Of a stretch of DNA of 16,880 nt, positions 1-6,774 are shown in pieces (position 1 is the stretch's first letter; each line of letters opens with the position of its first letter). The stretch is taken from NCBI GenBank assembly GCA_963736115.1, contig CAVTNR010000006.1:1-16880 (forward strand), in the 5' to 3' direction. The notes beneath the pieces were generated by a model. It did not search any database. It saw only the letters and a list, made by a program, of their open reading frames with translations, and was not told where the DNA came from. Origin of the DNA: an uncultured bacterium. Lineage in GTDB: Bacteria > Zhuqueibacterota > QNDG01 > DTFT01. Position numbers and translations under genes: made by a program.

Positions 1-81
1 GGCCGGTAAGACCTTTCAGGTCTGTCAAAAAATCGACCCTGGGGTTCGCACTCTTTGATATCCACGCGTTTGCGAGTAAAG

Positions 82-134
82 ATGAAAGGCTGAAGCCTGA
101 ATTCCCGGAAGGAGTTCAGGCTTCAGCCTTTCAT
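82..134. repeat. Long inverted repeat (24-bp arms, 5-nt loop); probable terminator of the metal-uptake operon and/or REP-like doublet
   Basis: ATGAAAGGCTGAAGCCTGAATTCC (82-105) pairs with GGAGTTCAGGCTTCAGCCTTTCAT (111-134) with one T:G; lies 16 nt past the permease stop codon; each arm holds an internal palindrome AGGCT-NN-AGCCT. Confidence 0.75.
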
Positions 135-150
135 TTGAGCACCCCTTCGT

Positions 151-900
151 TCAACCGGACGCGTCCGTCCTCGGCCGGATCGCCGAAGCGACGAGCGCGG
201 CCAGCGCGTTCATAAAAACGATGGCATATCCCGTGGGCAGATCGAGCCGGTACGAAAGGGCGATCGCCGCGAGATTCACGGCTGTGCCGATGCCCCAGGC
301 GGCGAGAAGGGGCTGCCGGAAGCTGCATTTCAGCGCGACCAGGGCGGGCGCCACCAGTAGGGCGAACACCACGAGAACACCCGCCAGACGCACCGAACTG
401 GTGACGGTCATCGCGAATGTGACGAAAAAGATCACGTCCCGCACCGTTCCGGGCTTCTGGCGCCGGGACAGGAACAGCACCGCGCCCAGCACAGCATACA
501 GAACGGCCGTCTTGACGATCTCCGTCGCGGGCGTGAACAGTATGTCCGCGGCCATCAGCCGGTCGAACATTTCCGTGCCGTGATACGACTTGGACAGCAG
601 CAGGAACACACCGGACAGTCCGAACGCGTACAGGAGCCCGATGAAGGCTTCCAGGTGGATATCCCGCCGGGAGGCGAAAGCGATGATGAATCCCCCGGCG
701 AGTGCGAATCCGAGGGATATCGGATAGATGAAATGGCCGTCCAGAAACAGGAGGGATATGGCCGCTCCCAGGGCGGCCATCTGCCCGATCGCGAGATCGG
801 TGAAGATGATGCCGCGCCGGATGATTTCCAGCCCGAAATACGAGTGTATTCCCAGCAGGACGAGGCAGAGCACAAACGCTGAAAACAGGATGTCACTCAT
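151..900 (-). CDS. Metal (Zn/Mn/Fe) ABC transporter permease, ZnuB/MntB (ABC-3) family
   Basis: Multi-TM hydrophobic protein; 'HSYFGLEIIRRGIIFTDLAIGQMAALG', 'SSVRLAGVLVVFALLVAPA' and 'DLPTGYAIV' motifs of ABC-3 permeases; start overlaps upstream binding-protein gene. Confidence 0.9.
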   Translation of the reverse strand: MSDILFSAFVLCLVLLGIHSYFGLEIIRRGIIFTDLAIGQMAALGAAISLLFLDGHFIYPISLGFALAGGFIIAFASRRDIHLEAFIGLLYAFGLSGVFLLLSKSYHGTEMFDRLMAADILFTPATEIVKTAVLYAVLGAVLFLSRRQKPGTVRDVIFFVTFAMTVTSSVRLAGVLVVFALLVAPALVALKCSFRQPLLAAWGIGTAVNLAAIALSYRLDLPTGYAIVFMNALAALVASAIRPRTDASG

Positions 901-1786
901 GGGTCAGCCTCGCGACGATTTCATCGAACAAAGTAACGATCCCTTCCGCGCCCGGAACCGCGCCCACGTCATGCGGGAGCGCCACCATCGGAATTCCGTG
1001 CTTGTGCGACAGGTGCCGGGCCGCGGCGTCGGGGTTGTAGATGTCCTGCAGGATGAAACGGATGCGCGTATTCCGGATGATCTGTTCCAGGCCTTCGATG
1101 TGACGCGAGGTCGGCGGAATGCCGGGAAGCGGTTCAATGGTACCGGCCAGCGCCAGGTGGAAACGCCGCATGAAGTAATCGAAGTTTTTGTGGTATTCGA
1201 TGACCGAAGCGCCGCTCAGCGGCTTCAGTCGGCTTTCCCACTCCGACATTTTGACAGCCCAGGACTCCTGAAAAGCCTTGAGATTCGAATTGAAAACCGG
1301 AGCCAGCCCGGGATCCATCTCCCCGAGCCGGACGGCGATCGCCTCGGCCAGGGGCGGGATATTTGCCGGGTCGAGATAGTAATGCGGATTGCCCTCCGGA
1401 TGAACGTCGCCCTGCGCGCGCGACACGCTGGAGGGAACGTCGATCAGAGTGACGGCCATGGACAGATCCAGCAGGCCGGACGTGCCGGCCTGGATTTTCG
1501 AATTGTTGGCCTGGTTCAGAAGCGGCGGGAGCCACCCGATTTCCAGCTGGCCGCCGTTGATGACCAGGAGGTCCGCCTTCCGGAGGTGGGCGATAAAGGA
1601 GGGCTTGGGAACGATGGTATGGGGGTTCCAGTCGCCCCGGGCAAGTGCATGGACCCGGACGTTATCCCCGCCGACTTTCCGCGCGAGTTCCGCTATGTAA
1701 GGATACGTGGTGACGACCTGGATGCGGCGAGCCGAAGCCTGGGTGACGCAGGTCAGAACGGCCAGCGCCAGAATGCATCTTTTCAT
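893..1786 (-). CDS. Periplasmic metal-binding protein, ZnuA/TroA (cluster A-I) family
   Basis: Signal peptide ending ASA; 'VVTTYP', 'DWNPH', 'GDVHPEGNPHYYLDP', 'EYHKNFDYF', 'EPLPGIPPT' motifs; SD AGGAG upstream. Confidence 0.92.
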   Translation of the reverse strand: MKRCILALAVLTCVTQASARRIQVVTTYPYIAELARKVGGDNVRVHALARGDWNPHTIVPKPSFIAHLRKADLLVINGGQLEIGWLPPLLNQANNSKIQAGTSGLLDLSMAVTLIDVPSSVSRAQGDVHPEGNPHYYLDPANIPPLAEAIAVRLGEMDPGLAPVFNSNLKAFQESWAVKMSEWESRLKPLSGASVIEYHKNFDYFMRRFHLALAGTIEPLPGIPPTSRHIEGLEQIIRNTRIRFILQDIYNPDAAARHLSHKHGIPMVALPHDVGAVPGAEGIVTLFDEIVARLTHE

Positions 1787-1805
1787 TGGACTTCTCCTTG
1801 TTTTC

Positions 1806-3107
1806 TTAAAAGGGATGCGCGCCGTGCGCGCCGATCGAAAGGTTGCACTGCAGAACCAGCTCCCGCACGGACACCGGACGGAAAGACATGCCTTCCCTGC
1901 GGAAAAGGGAGCGGTCCTCGTTGACCTGAAGCCGGATCCGGGAGAACTCGGTCGGATTGAATTCCGTCATGACCGACACCCGGCGCAAACCGTCCGGGAA
2001 AACCTCCCGTACACCGTCTGCCCGCCAATCGTTGCCGAGAATGCGGTCGACTCGGACGCCGAGGCGGCTCCGCATGCCGTACTTGAAAACCAGCTGTCCG
2101 TATGCTCCCGACTGACGCGTGAGAAGCGACGCATCCTGAACGGCATCGAGTGCGTCCTTCCCGTAGTGCCGCCCCTCCATCCGCCGGTGCATGAATTCGG
2201 ACTGAAAGGAAAGATATCGGTTCGAATCGATGAGGCGCTTGAGAGTGAGGCTCCCCCCGAGCAGGCGGGTGTCCGCCCGCAGGGCACTCCCCTCGATTCC
2301 GGAGACTTCCAGGCCGTCATCGGTCCGGGTCCCTCCGGACGCACACGATGCCCCCAGCAGAATGATCCAGTCCCCGACATCGAAGGACGTGCGCGTGAAA
2401 ACAGTGAACAGATTCGGACCGTCCTTGTCGGCGACCCGGAACGTTCCGGACGGGTCCTCGAATCCGGACCGGCCGAAACTGGCTTCGTTCTCTCCGGTCA
2501 GGGCCTCCGCGCCGATCATCCAGTACACGGAAGAAGGAAGTACGCAGGTCAGCTGAACCCCCTTTTCATTCAATCCCTCTTCCCCCAGAAACGCCCGGTG
2601 AATCAGGGGCGATCCTGAAAAATCCCAGGAATGCTCATGCTGTTCATTGATGCGGGAAAAGGCGCTCAGGAATTTGCCGGCCTTGACCTGCGTTCCCATC
2701 GGCAGTTTCCGCGTCGTGAAATACCCCTCCTCTATTTCAAATCCCTCTTCCGACAGATGAAAAACACCGGCCAGGTTGAAGTACGGATCCACGACTGACG
2801 AGACCATCAATTCCCCGTAATTCAGGTTGAATCCCCGGCCCGGGAAATCCCCTTCATGGGCATGCCCCGCCTCCGATCCTCCGCCCGTCGAAAGGACCAG
2901 GCCGGGCACCGTCAGGTTTTCAAGCCGATAATCGCTCCGATTCCTCATCACTCCCGAAAAATCCAGGATAAAGGATATGTCCGGAACAAAGGATTGCTGG
3001 GAGAAGGGATTCCCGGTCCGGGAATCCGATCCCGCCTGTCCGGCCGCAAAAGCGGCCGGCATCCAGCATAACAGAAATAATATCCCACGGTTCAAGCGTT
3101 TTCGCAT
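1806..3107 (-). CDS. Outer-membrane beta-barrel protein of the family commonly labelled 'zinc-regulated (TonB-dependent) outer membrane receptor'
   Basis: Start moved to ATG 3107 (SD GGAG at 3114-3117); signal peptide ending AFA; His patch GHAHE; 'GFNLNYGEL', 'VDPYF', 'EEGYF', 'RINEQHEHSWDF', 'PTEFSRIRLQ' and C-terminal 'IGAHGAHPF'. Confidence 0.8.
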   Translation of the reverse strand: MRKRLNRGILFLLCWMPAAFAAGQAGSDSRTGNPFSQQSFVPDISFILDFSGVMRNRSDYRLENLTVPGLVLSTGGGSEAGHAHEGDFPGRGFNLNYGELMVSSVVDPYFNLAGVFHLSEEGFEIEEGYFTTRKLPMGTQVKAGKFLSAFSRINEQHEHSWDFSGSPLIHRAFLGEEGLNEKGVQLTCVLPSSVYWMIGAEALTGENEASFGRSGFEDPSGTFRVADKDGPNLFTVFTRTSFDVGDWIILLGASCASGGTRTDDGLEVSGIEGSALRADTRLLGGSLTLKRLIDSNRYLSFQSEFMHRRMEGRHYGKDALDAVQDASLLTRQSGAYGQLVFKYGMRSRLGVRVDRILGNDWRADGVREVFPDGLRRVSVMTEFNPTEFSRIRLQVNEDRSLFRREGMSFRPVSVRELVLQCNLSIGAHGAHPF

Positions 3108-3319
3108 GTTGGACTCCGTATCGATTGAGACGGGAGAAGACACAGTCCACCGTCCTGCCCGAAGCCGAAAGGGCCGCGCTCAAACGGCGGCGGCGAGAAA
3201 CTTCCGAGCGCGCGGCGAACCGTTCGAAAAGGGATAGAACGACGGCCGTCCGGTCCCGGAAATCCGTGTCCGGAAGGACAAGCCGGTTAAAAAAACAGGT
3301 CAATGGAAAGCGGGAAAAA
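3108..3319 (-). promoter_or_regulatory. Structured intergenic leader, candidate attenuator with alternative anti-SD pairings
   Basis: Pairings found by eye: 3139-3149 with 3110-3122 (covers SD), 3236-3249 with 3142-3156 (competes), hairpin 3248-3279; pyrimidine-rich tract just after the upstream ORF stop. Confidence 0.45.
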
Positions 3320-3694
3320 TCAGAAAGCCAATGCGGGAGGGCCTCGCAAGCATGCGGTATCGAAACAGCGGAAATTGTACGGGGATTTCGGACGGATCAA
3401 ACCGGCCGGACGACTGCGGGACAGCAGAATGGGTACAGCGGCAAAGCAGACAAGAAAAACGAATATGGACCGGACGAACAGGCCCAGCAGGAGCGCTTCA
3501 TCATCCGGGTGATGATGATTCGGCAGGGAACGGGATTGGGATTCGTTCCGCTCGAATGGATGGGCGTGGAATACGGTTCCGTTCCCGTTGACAACATGGC
3601 AGTGACCGAAGTAAGAAACATTGAACTGGAGCCATGCCCAGGGAATGAGAACACACGATAAACCAAGAAAGATTTTCAGCCGTTTCCGGATCAT
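3320..3694 (-). CDS. Small His-rich membrane protein with C-terminal RGPP motif (candidate metal-sensing ribosome-arrest leader)
   Basis: Basic N-terminus plus hydrophobic segment, HCH...HAHPF...HHH loop, second hydrophobic segment, then LRGPP-ALAF-stop; ATG 3694 with GGAG close upstream (alternative TTG 3703); own promoter. Confidence 0.8.
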   Translation of the reverse strand: MIRKRLKIFLGLSCVLIPWAWLQFNVSYFGHCHVVNGNGTVFHAHPFERNESQSRSLPNHHHPDDEALLLGLFVRSIFVFLVCFAAVPILLSRSRPAGLIRPKSPYNFRCFDTACLRGPPALAF

Positions 3695-3721
3695 AATCTC
3701 CAATCGACAGTCAAGACGCTA

Positions 3722-3750
3722 AATATATTAAATGGACGTGTTTCTGTCAA
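3722..3750 (-). promoter_or_regulatory. sigma70-type promoter of the metal-uptake unit
   Basis: Minus strand TTGACA (3750-3745), exactly 17 nt, TATATT (3727-3722), in an AT-rich island ~30 nt upstream of the ATG at 3694. Confidence 0.85.
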
Positions 3751-3760
3751 TCGGTTTTTC

Positions 3761-3792
3761 AAAAAGAAAGAAGGGCGCCTTCCCAAAGAAGG
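3761..3792 (-). terminator. Possible intrinsic terminator of the ORP-type operon
   Basis: Minus strand GAAGG-CGC-CCUUC hairpin followed by UUUCUUUUU; short stem, with a competing upstream CCUUC. Confidence 0.45.
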
Positions 3793-3815
3793 TGACTTTT
3801 ATTCTCTTCAAAGAA

Positions 3816-3833
3816 TCCGACCCCGGGGTCGGA
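3816..3833. repeat. Perfect 18-bp palindrome TCCGACCCCGGGGTCGGA
   Basis: Self-reverse-complementary; 8 nt past the MBL hydrolase stop; related sequence at 34-48. Confidence 0.7.
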
Positions 3834-3841
3834 ACTTGATC

Positions 3842-4681
3842 TCACCCGAATTTGAACCGCATACCCGCGCGGCAGGGCCGGACGCGGCCCACGAAGGCTT
3901 CCGTCAGCGTCCGGACCGCGTTTTCACCCGTGCAATGGCAGGGCATCATCAGATCGGGCGGTTCGGTCATGAGCGCCGCCACGGTCCGGTCCAGCCTTTC
4001 CTGCGACGCTTCATGCAGGTGAAATCCGCCGATGACCGCGTGTATTTTGCGGGTGCCGCTGACCTGCCGGCAGCGGCTCAGGGTGTTGATCAGACCGGCA
4101 TGCGAGCATCCCGCGCAGACTACGATTCCGTACCGCGTGATAAACCACAGGGCTATGTCGTCGTCGAGCAGGTCCGGCCTGCGGCCGTCGGGATCCAGGT
4201 AGAACGGGCCGCCGGTGTCCTCCCACGTCGTCTCCCGCGGTACTGCGCCTGTCGTACCGATGCCCGGTCCGAGGAGGGCCGGTTCCGCGGAGGCGTGCAG
4301 ACGGTCCTGGGGAAGCGCTTCCAGCGATAGCCGACTGCCTTCGGGCATATGAACCGGTTTGGCTTTCCCGTTCCGGATGCTGGTGCGTCGGAGGAAGACG
4401 CCGGGGTGGCAGTACACATGAACCGCGGGACTGGCCTTAAGCGCGACCGGCACACCGCCGGTATGGTCGTAATGGCCGTGGCTCAGCACCAATTGATCCA
4501 TTGCGGACAAGTCCACATCCAGCATGCGGGCGTTTTCCGCCAGCGCGCCGACCTGGCCCGTGTCGAACAGAATGCGCCGGTTCCCGGTTTCGATCCAGAG
4601 GGACAGTCCGTGTTCCGGACGAAGGCCCTGTTCAGCCGTGTCATTGACCAGCACAGTCACTCTGAAAGACGTTCCGGTCAT
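3842..4681 (-). CDS. MBL-fold metallo-hydrolase (COG1237 type)
   Basis: 'EHGLS', 'LFDTG', 'SHGHYDHTGG', 'GCSHAG', 'GGFHL', 'PCHCTG'; ATG 4681 overlaps upstream stop (ATGA). Confidence 0.92.
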   Translation of the reverse strand: MTGTSFRVTVLVNDTAEQGLRPEHGLSLWIETGNRRILFDTGQVGALAENARMLDVDLSAMDQLVLSHGHYDHTGGVPVALKASPAVHVYCHPGVFLRRTSIRNGKAKPVHMPEGSRLSLEALPQDRLHASAEPALLGPGIGTTGAVPRETTWEDTGGPFYLDPDGRRPDLLDDDIALWFITRYGIVVCAGCSHAGLINTLSRCRQVSGTRKIHAVIGGFHLHEASQERLDRTVAALMTEPPDLMMPCHCTGENAVRTLTEAFVGRVRPCRAGMRFKFG

Positions 4682-5112
4682 GTTGTTTCCTTCATACTCA
4701 TGAAGGAGGCCACTGCATCGGCTTTCAGGCAGCCTCCACACCTGATCTCTGCTGACATGCGGTAGACCGGCTGTTTTGCCTTTTCAAGTCGAGCGCGGAT
4801 TAGACAGGATTCGCCGCACGCGACAGACGATCGGTACCTCACGTGGAGATCGCCGGTCAAACCGGCAATCCCGTGATGGAACAGACAATGTGTCATGGCA
4901 GCGTCCAGAAGGGTGGCGATCACGCCGCCGTGAAGGATCCCGCAATACCCCTGAAAGGCCGGATCCGACCGGAATTCGGCGTAGACGCTCCCGTCACTGT
5001 CCGGCCGGAAGCGAAGCCCGAGCGAACGCGGATTCTCCGCGCCGCAGACAAAGCATTGCTCATGCCGGGTGTCCTGAAGCGGCCGGACCTCGTCATCAAT
5101 GGTCGCAGGCAT
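4678..5112 (-). CDS. PaaI-family (hotdog fold) thioesterase
   Basis: 'CFVCGAENPRSLGLRF' and 'FQGY..ILHGGVIATLLD' motifs; start ATG 5112 preferred. Confidence 0.88.
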   Translation of the reverse strand: MPATIDDEVRPLQDTRHEQCFVCGAENPRSLGLRFRPDSDGSVYAEFRSDPAFQGYCGILHGGVIATLLDAAMTHCLFHHGIAGLTGDLHVRYRSSVACGESCLIRARLEKAKQPVYRMSAEIRCGGCLKADAVASFMSMKETT

Positions 5113-5434
5113 TGTCGCCGGTCTGAAGCGTGCCCGCGAGATAATCGGCAACCAGTTTCTCCGGCGCTTCCGACGGGACGCCGACGATCACACGTATGCC
5201 CTGCTCCTCGAAAAGTGCCTTGGCGCGCTGACCCATGCCGCCTGCGAGCACGACCTTGGCACCTTTACGTGCCAGCCACGGCGGCAGAAGGCCCGGCTGA
5301 TGGGGCGGCGCGTCGACGTCCTCTCGCTTGAGAATGGCGTGCGTCGCGGGATCCGTGTCCAGAAGAGCGAACTGGGCGCAATGCCCGAAATGCTGGGCCA
5401 GTCTGCCCTCCGCGATGGGAATGGCGATGATCAT
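5096..5434 (-). CDS. NifB/NifX-family (MTH1175-like) Fe-Mo cluster-binding protein
   Basis: 'MIIAIP..GRLAQHFGHC', 'PPHQPGLLP', 'AGGMGQRA', C-terminal 'NACDH'; ATG 5434 with SD AGGAG. Confidence 0.9.
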   Translation of the reverse strand: MIIAIPIAEGRLAQHFGHCAQFALLDTDPATHAILKREDVDAPPHQPGLLPPWLARKGAKVVLAGGMGQRAKALFEEQGIRVIVGVPSEAPEKLVADYLAGTLQTGDNACDH

Positions 5435-5459
5435 TTTAGAACTCCTGTCTAATTGAGGT

Positions 5460-6356
5460 TTATTCCGATCCCCGGCCGGACGGAATGTCGTCCAGAACCG
5501 CGATCGGACGGATGATGTCCCGCATGATCCGGGCCGTCGGACTGGAGGCGTGATGATGGATGAACACGCGGCCCTCGTCGCAGGCCCGGCCGACCGCCGG
5601 ATCAAAAGGCAAGGACCCGAGGAACGGCACGCCCATGTCCTCCGCGATCCGCCGGCCGCCGCCGAAACCGAGGATGGGTGTCACTTCGCCGCATTTCGGG
5701 CACGCGAATCCGCTCATGTTCTCCACCACGCCGAGCACCGGCAGGTTGAGCCTTCGGCAGAACGTGATGGATTTCCTCACGTCCACGGCCGCGACTTTCT
5801 GGGGCGTGGTCACCACCACGGCCCCGTCGAGGGAACCGATGAGCTGGACGACGGAAAGAGGCTCGTCCCCGGTGCCTGGCGGAGAATCGATAATGAGAAA
5901 GTCGAGATCACCCCATTCCACGTCCGCGAGGAACTGCCGGATCACGCCCATTTTCAGGGGACCGCGCCAGATCACGGCTTCGTCCGGGTCCCCCAGCAGA
6001 AAGCCGGCCGATACGACTTTCAAATCGCCGACTTCCACGGGGACAATTCCGTCCGCGTCTCCGGCCAGCGTCTGTCCTTCGAGCCCCAGCAGGGTCGGCA
6101 CGCTCGGGCCGTGAATATCGACGTCGAGCAGGCCCGTGCGCTTGCCTGAAAGGGAGAGCGCGGCGGCCAGGTTCACGGCCACGGTGCTCTTGCCCACTCC
6201 GCCCTTTCCGGACAGAACGATCACTTTATGTCGGATGCGGCAGAGCCGCGACAGGAGCTTTTGGCGGTCGCGGAACTCCTGTTCGCTCTCCTCTTTACCG
6301 CGCTGGGATGCGGCACAGTCGGTCTTCTTGCAGCCGCCGCAGGAGGATGCGTTCAC
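5460..6356 (-). CDS. mrp: Mrp/NBP35 (ApbC) family Fe-S cluster carrier ATPase
   Basis: 'SGKGGVGKST', 'DVDIHGPS', 'AVIWRGP', 'DSPPGTGDE', 'VTTPQ', 'ENMSGFACPKC'; GTG 6356 after SD AAGGA; N-terminal CGGC...C. Confidence 0.93.
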   Translation of the reverse strand: MNASSCGGCKKTDCAASQRGKEESEQEFRDRQKLLSRLCRIRHKVIVLSGKGGVGKSTVAVNLAAALSLSGKRTGLLDVDIHGPSVPTLLGLEGQTLAGDADGIVPVEVGDLKVVSAGFLLGDPDEAVIWRGPLKMGVIRQFLADVEWGDLDFLIIDSPPGTGDEPLSVVQLIGSLDGAVVVTTPQKVAAVDVRKSITFCRRLNLPVLGVVENMSGFACPKCGEVTPILGFGGGRRIAEDMGVPFLGSLPFDPAVGRACDEGRVFIHHHASSPTARIMRDIIRPIAVLDDIPSGRGSE

Positions 6357-6357
6357 G

Positions 6358-6762
6358 TCATTCCTTTCCGGTTTCGGTGATGGATCTGGAGAGAAAATCT
6401 TGGCACGCGGCCCGGAGCACGTTCGAGGCCAGCAGGGCGCAGTGTTCCATGCCTTCGGGCAGGCCGCCGAGCGCCCGCAGGATATCCGCCTGAGTGACGG
6501 CGGCCACGTCCGCAACGGACCTGCCCTGCGCCAGGCACGTGGCCATGCTGCCGCAGGCCATGGAGGATCCGCACCCGTCCGTCGTGAAGGCGATTTTTTC
6601 CGCCCGGCCGTTCCTGACGGTCAGCCAGAATTCCATGGTGTCCCCGCAGGGTCCGGTGATCCGGGCGTGTCCGTCCGCGGCCTCCATCGGACCGAGGTTG
6701 CGCGGGTTGAACGCGTGATCCAGAACGAGATGCGAAACCAGGGGTAATTCGCTCTCCGCCAT
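6358..6762 (-). CDS. IscU/NifU N-terminal-type Fe-S scaffold protein
   Basis: 'LDHAFNPRNLG', 'GPCGDTM', 'DGCG', 'HCALLA' with the three scaffold cysteines. Confidence 0.9.
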   Translation of the reverse strand: MAESELPLVSHLVLDHAFNPRNLGPMEAADGHARITGPCGDTMEFWLTVRNGRAEKIAFTTDGCGSSMACGSMATCLAQGRSVADVAAVTQADILRALGGLPEGMEHCALLASNVLRAACQDFLSRSITETGKE

Positions 6763-6774
6763 GTGTTGCCTCTT

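Noticed and set aside
728-2618. Long plus-strand ORFs 728-1924 and 1707-2618
   Set aside because: Antisense shadows of well-supported minus-strand genes; no motifs; expected in GC-rich DNA
2920-3303. 127-aa minus-strand ORF across the leader-barrel spacer
   Set aside because: TTG start without SD, overlaps the barrel gene out of frame, no motifs; the region is better explained as structured RNA
3108-3319. Possible known riboswitch (cobalamin, NiCo, yybP-ykoY, Moco) ahead of the barrel gene
   Set aside because: Could not recognise the conserved cores of these families by eye; an Rfam/Infernal scan would be needed
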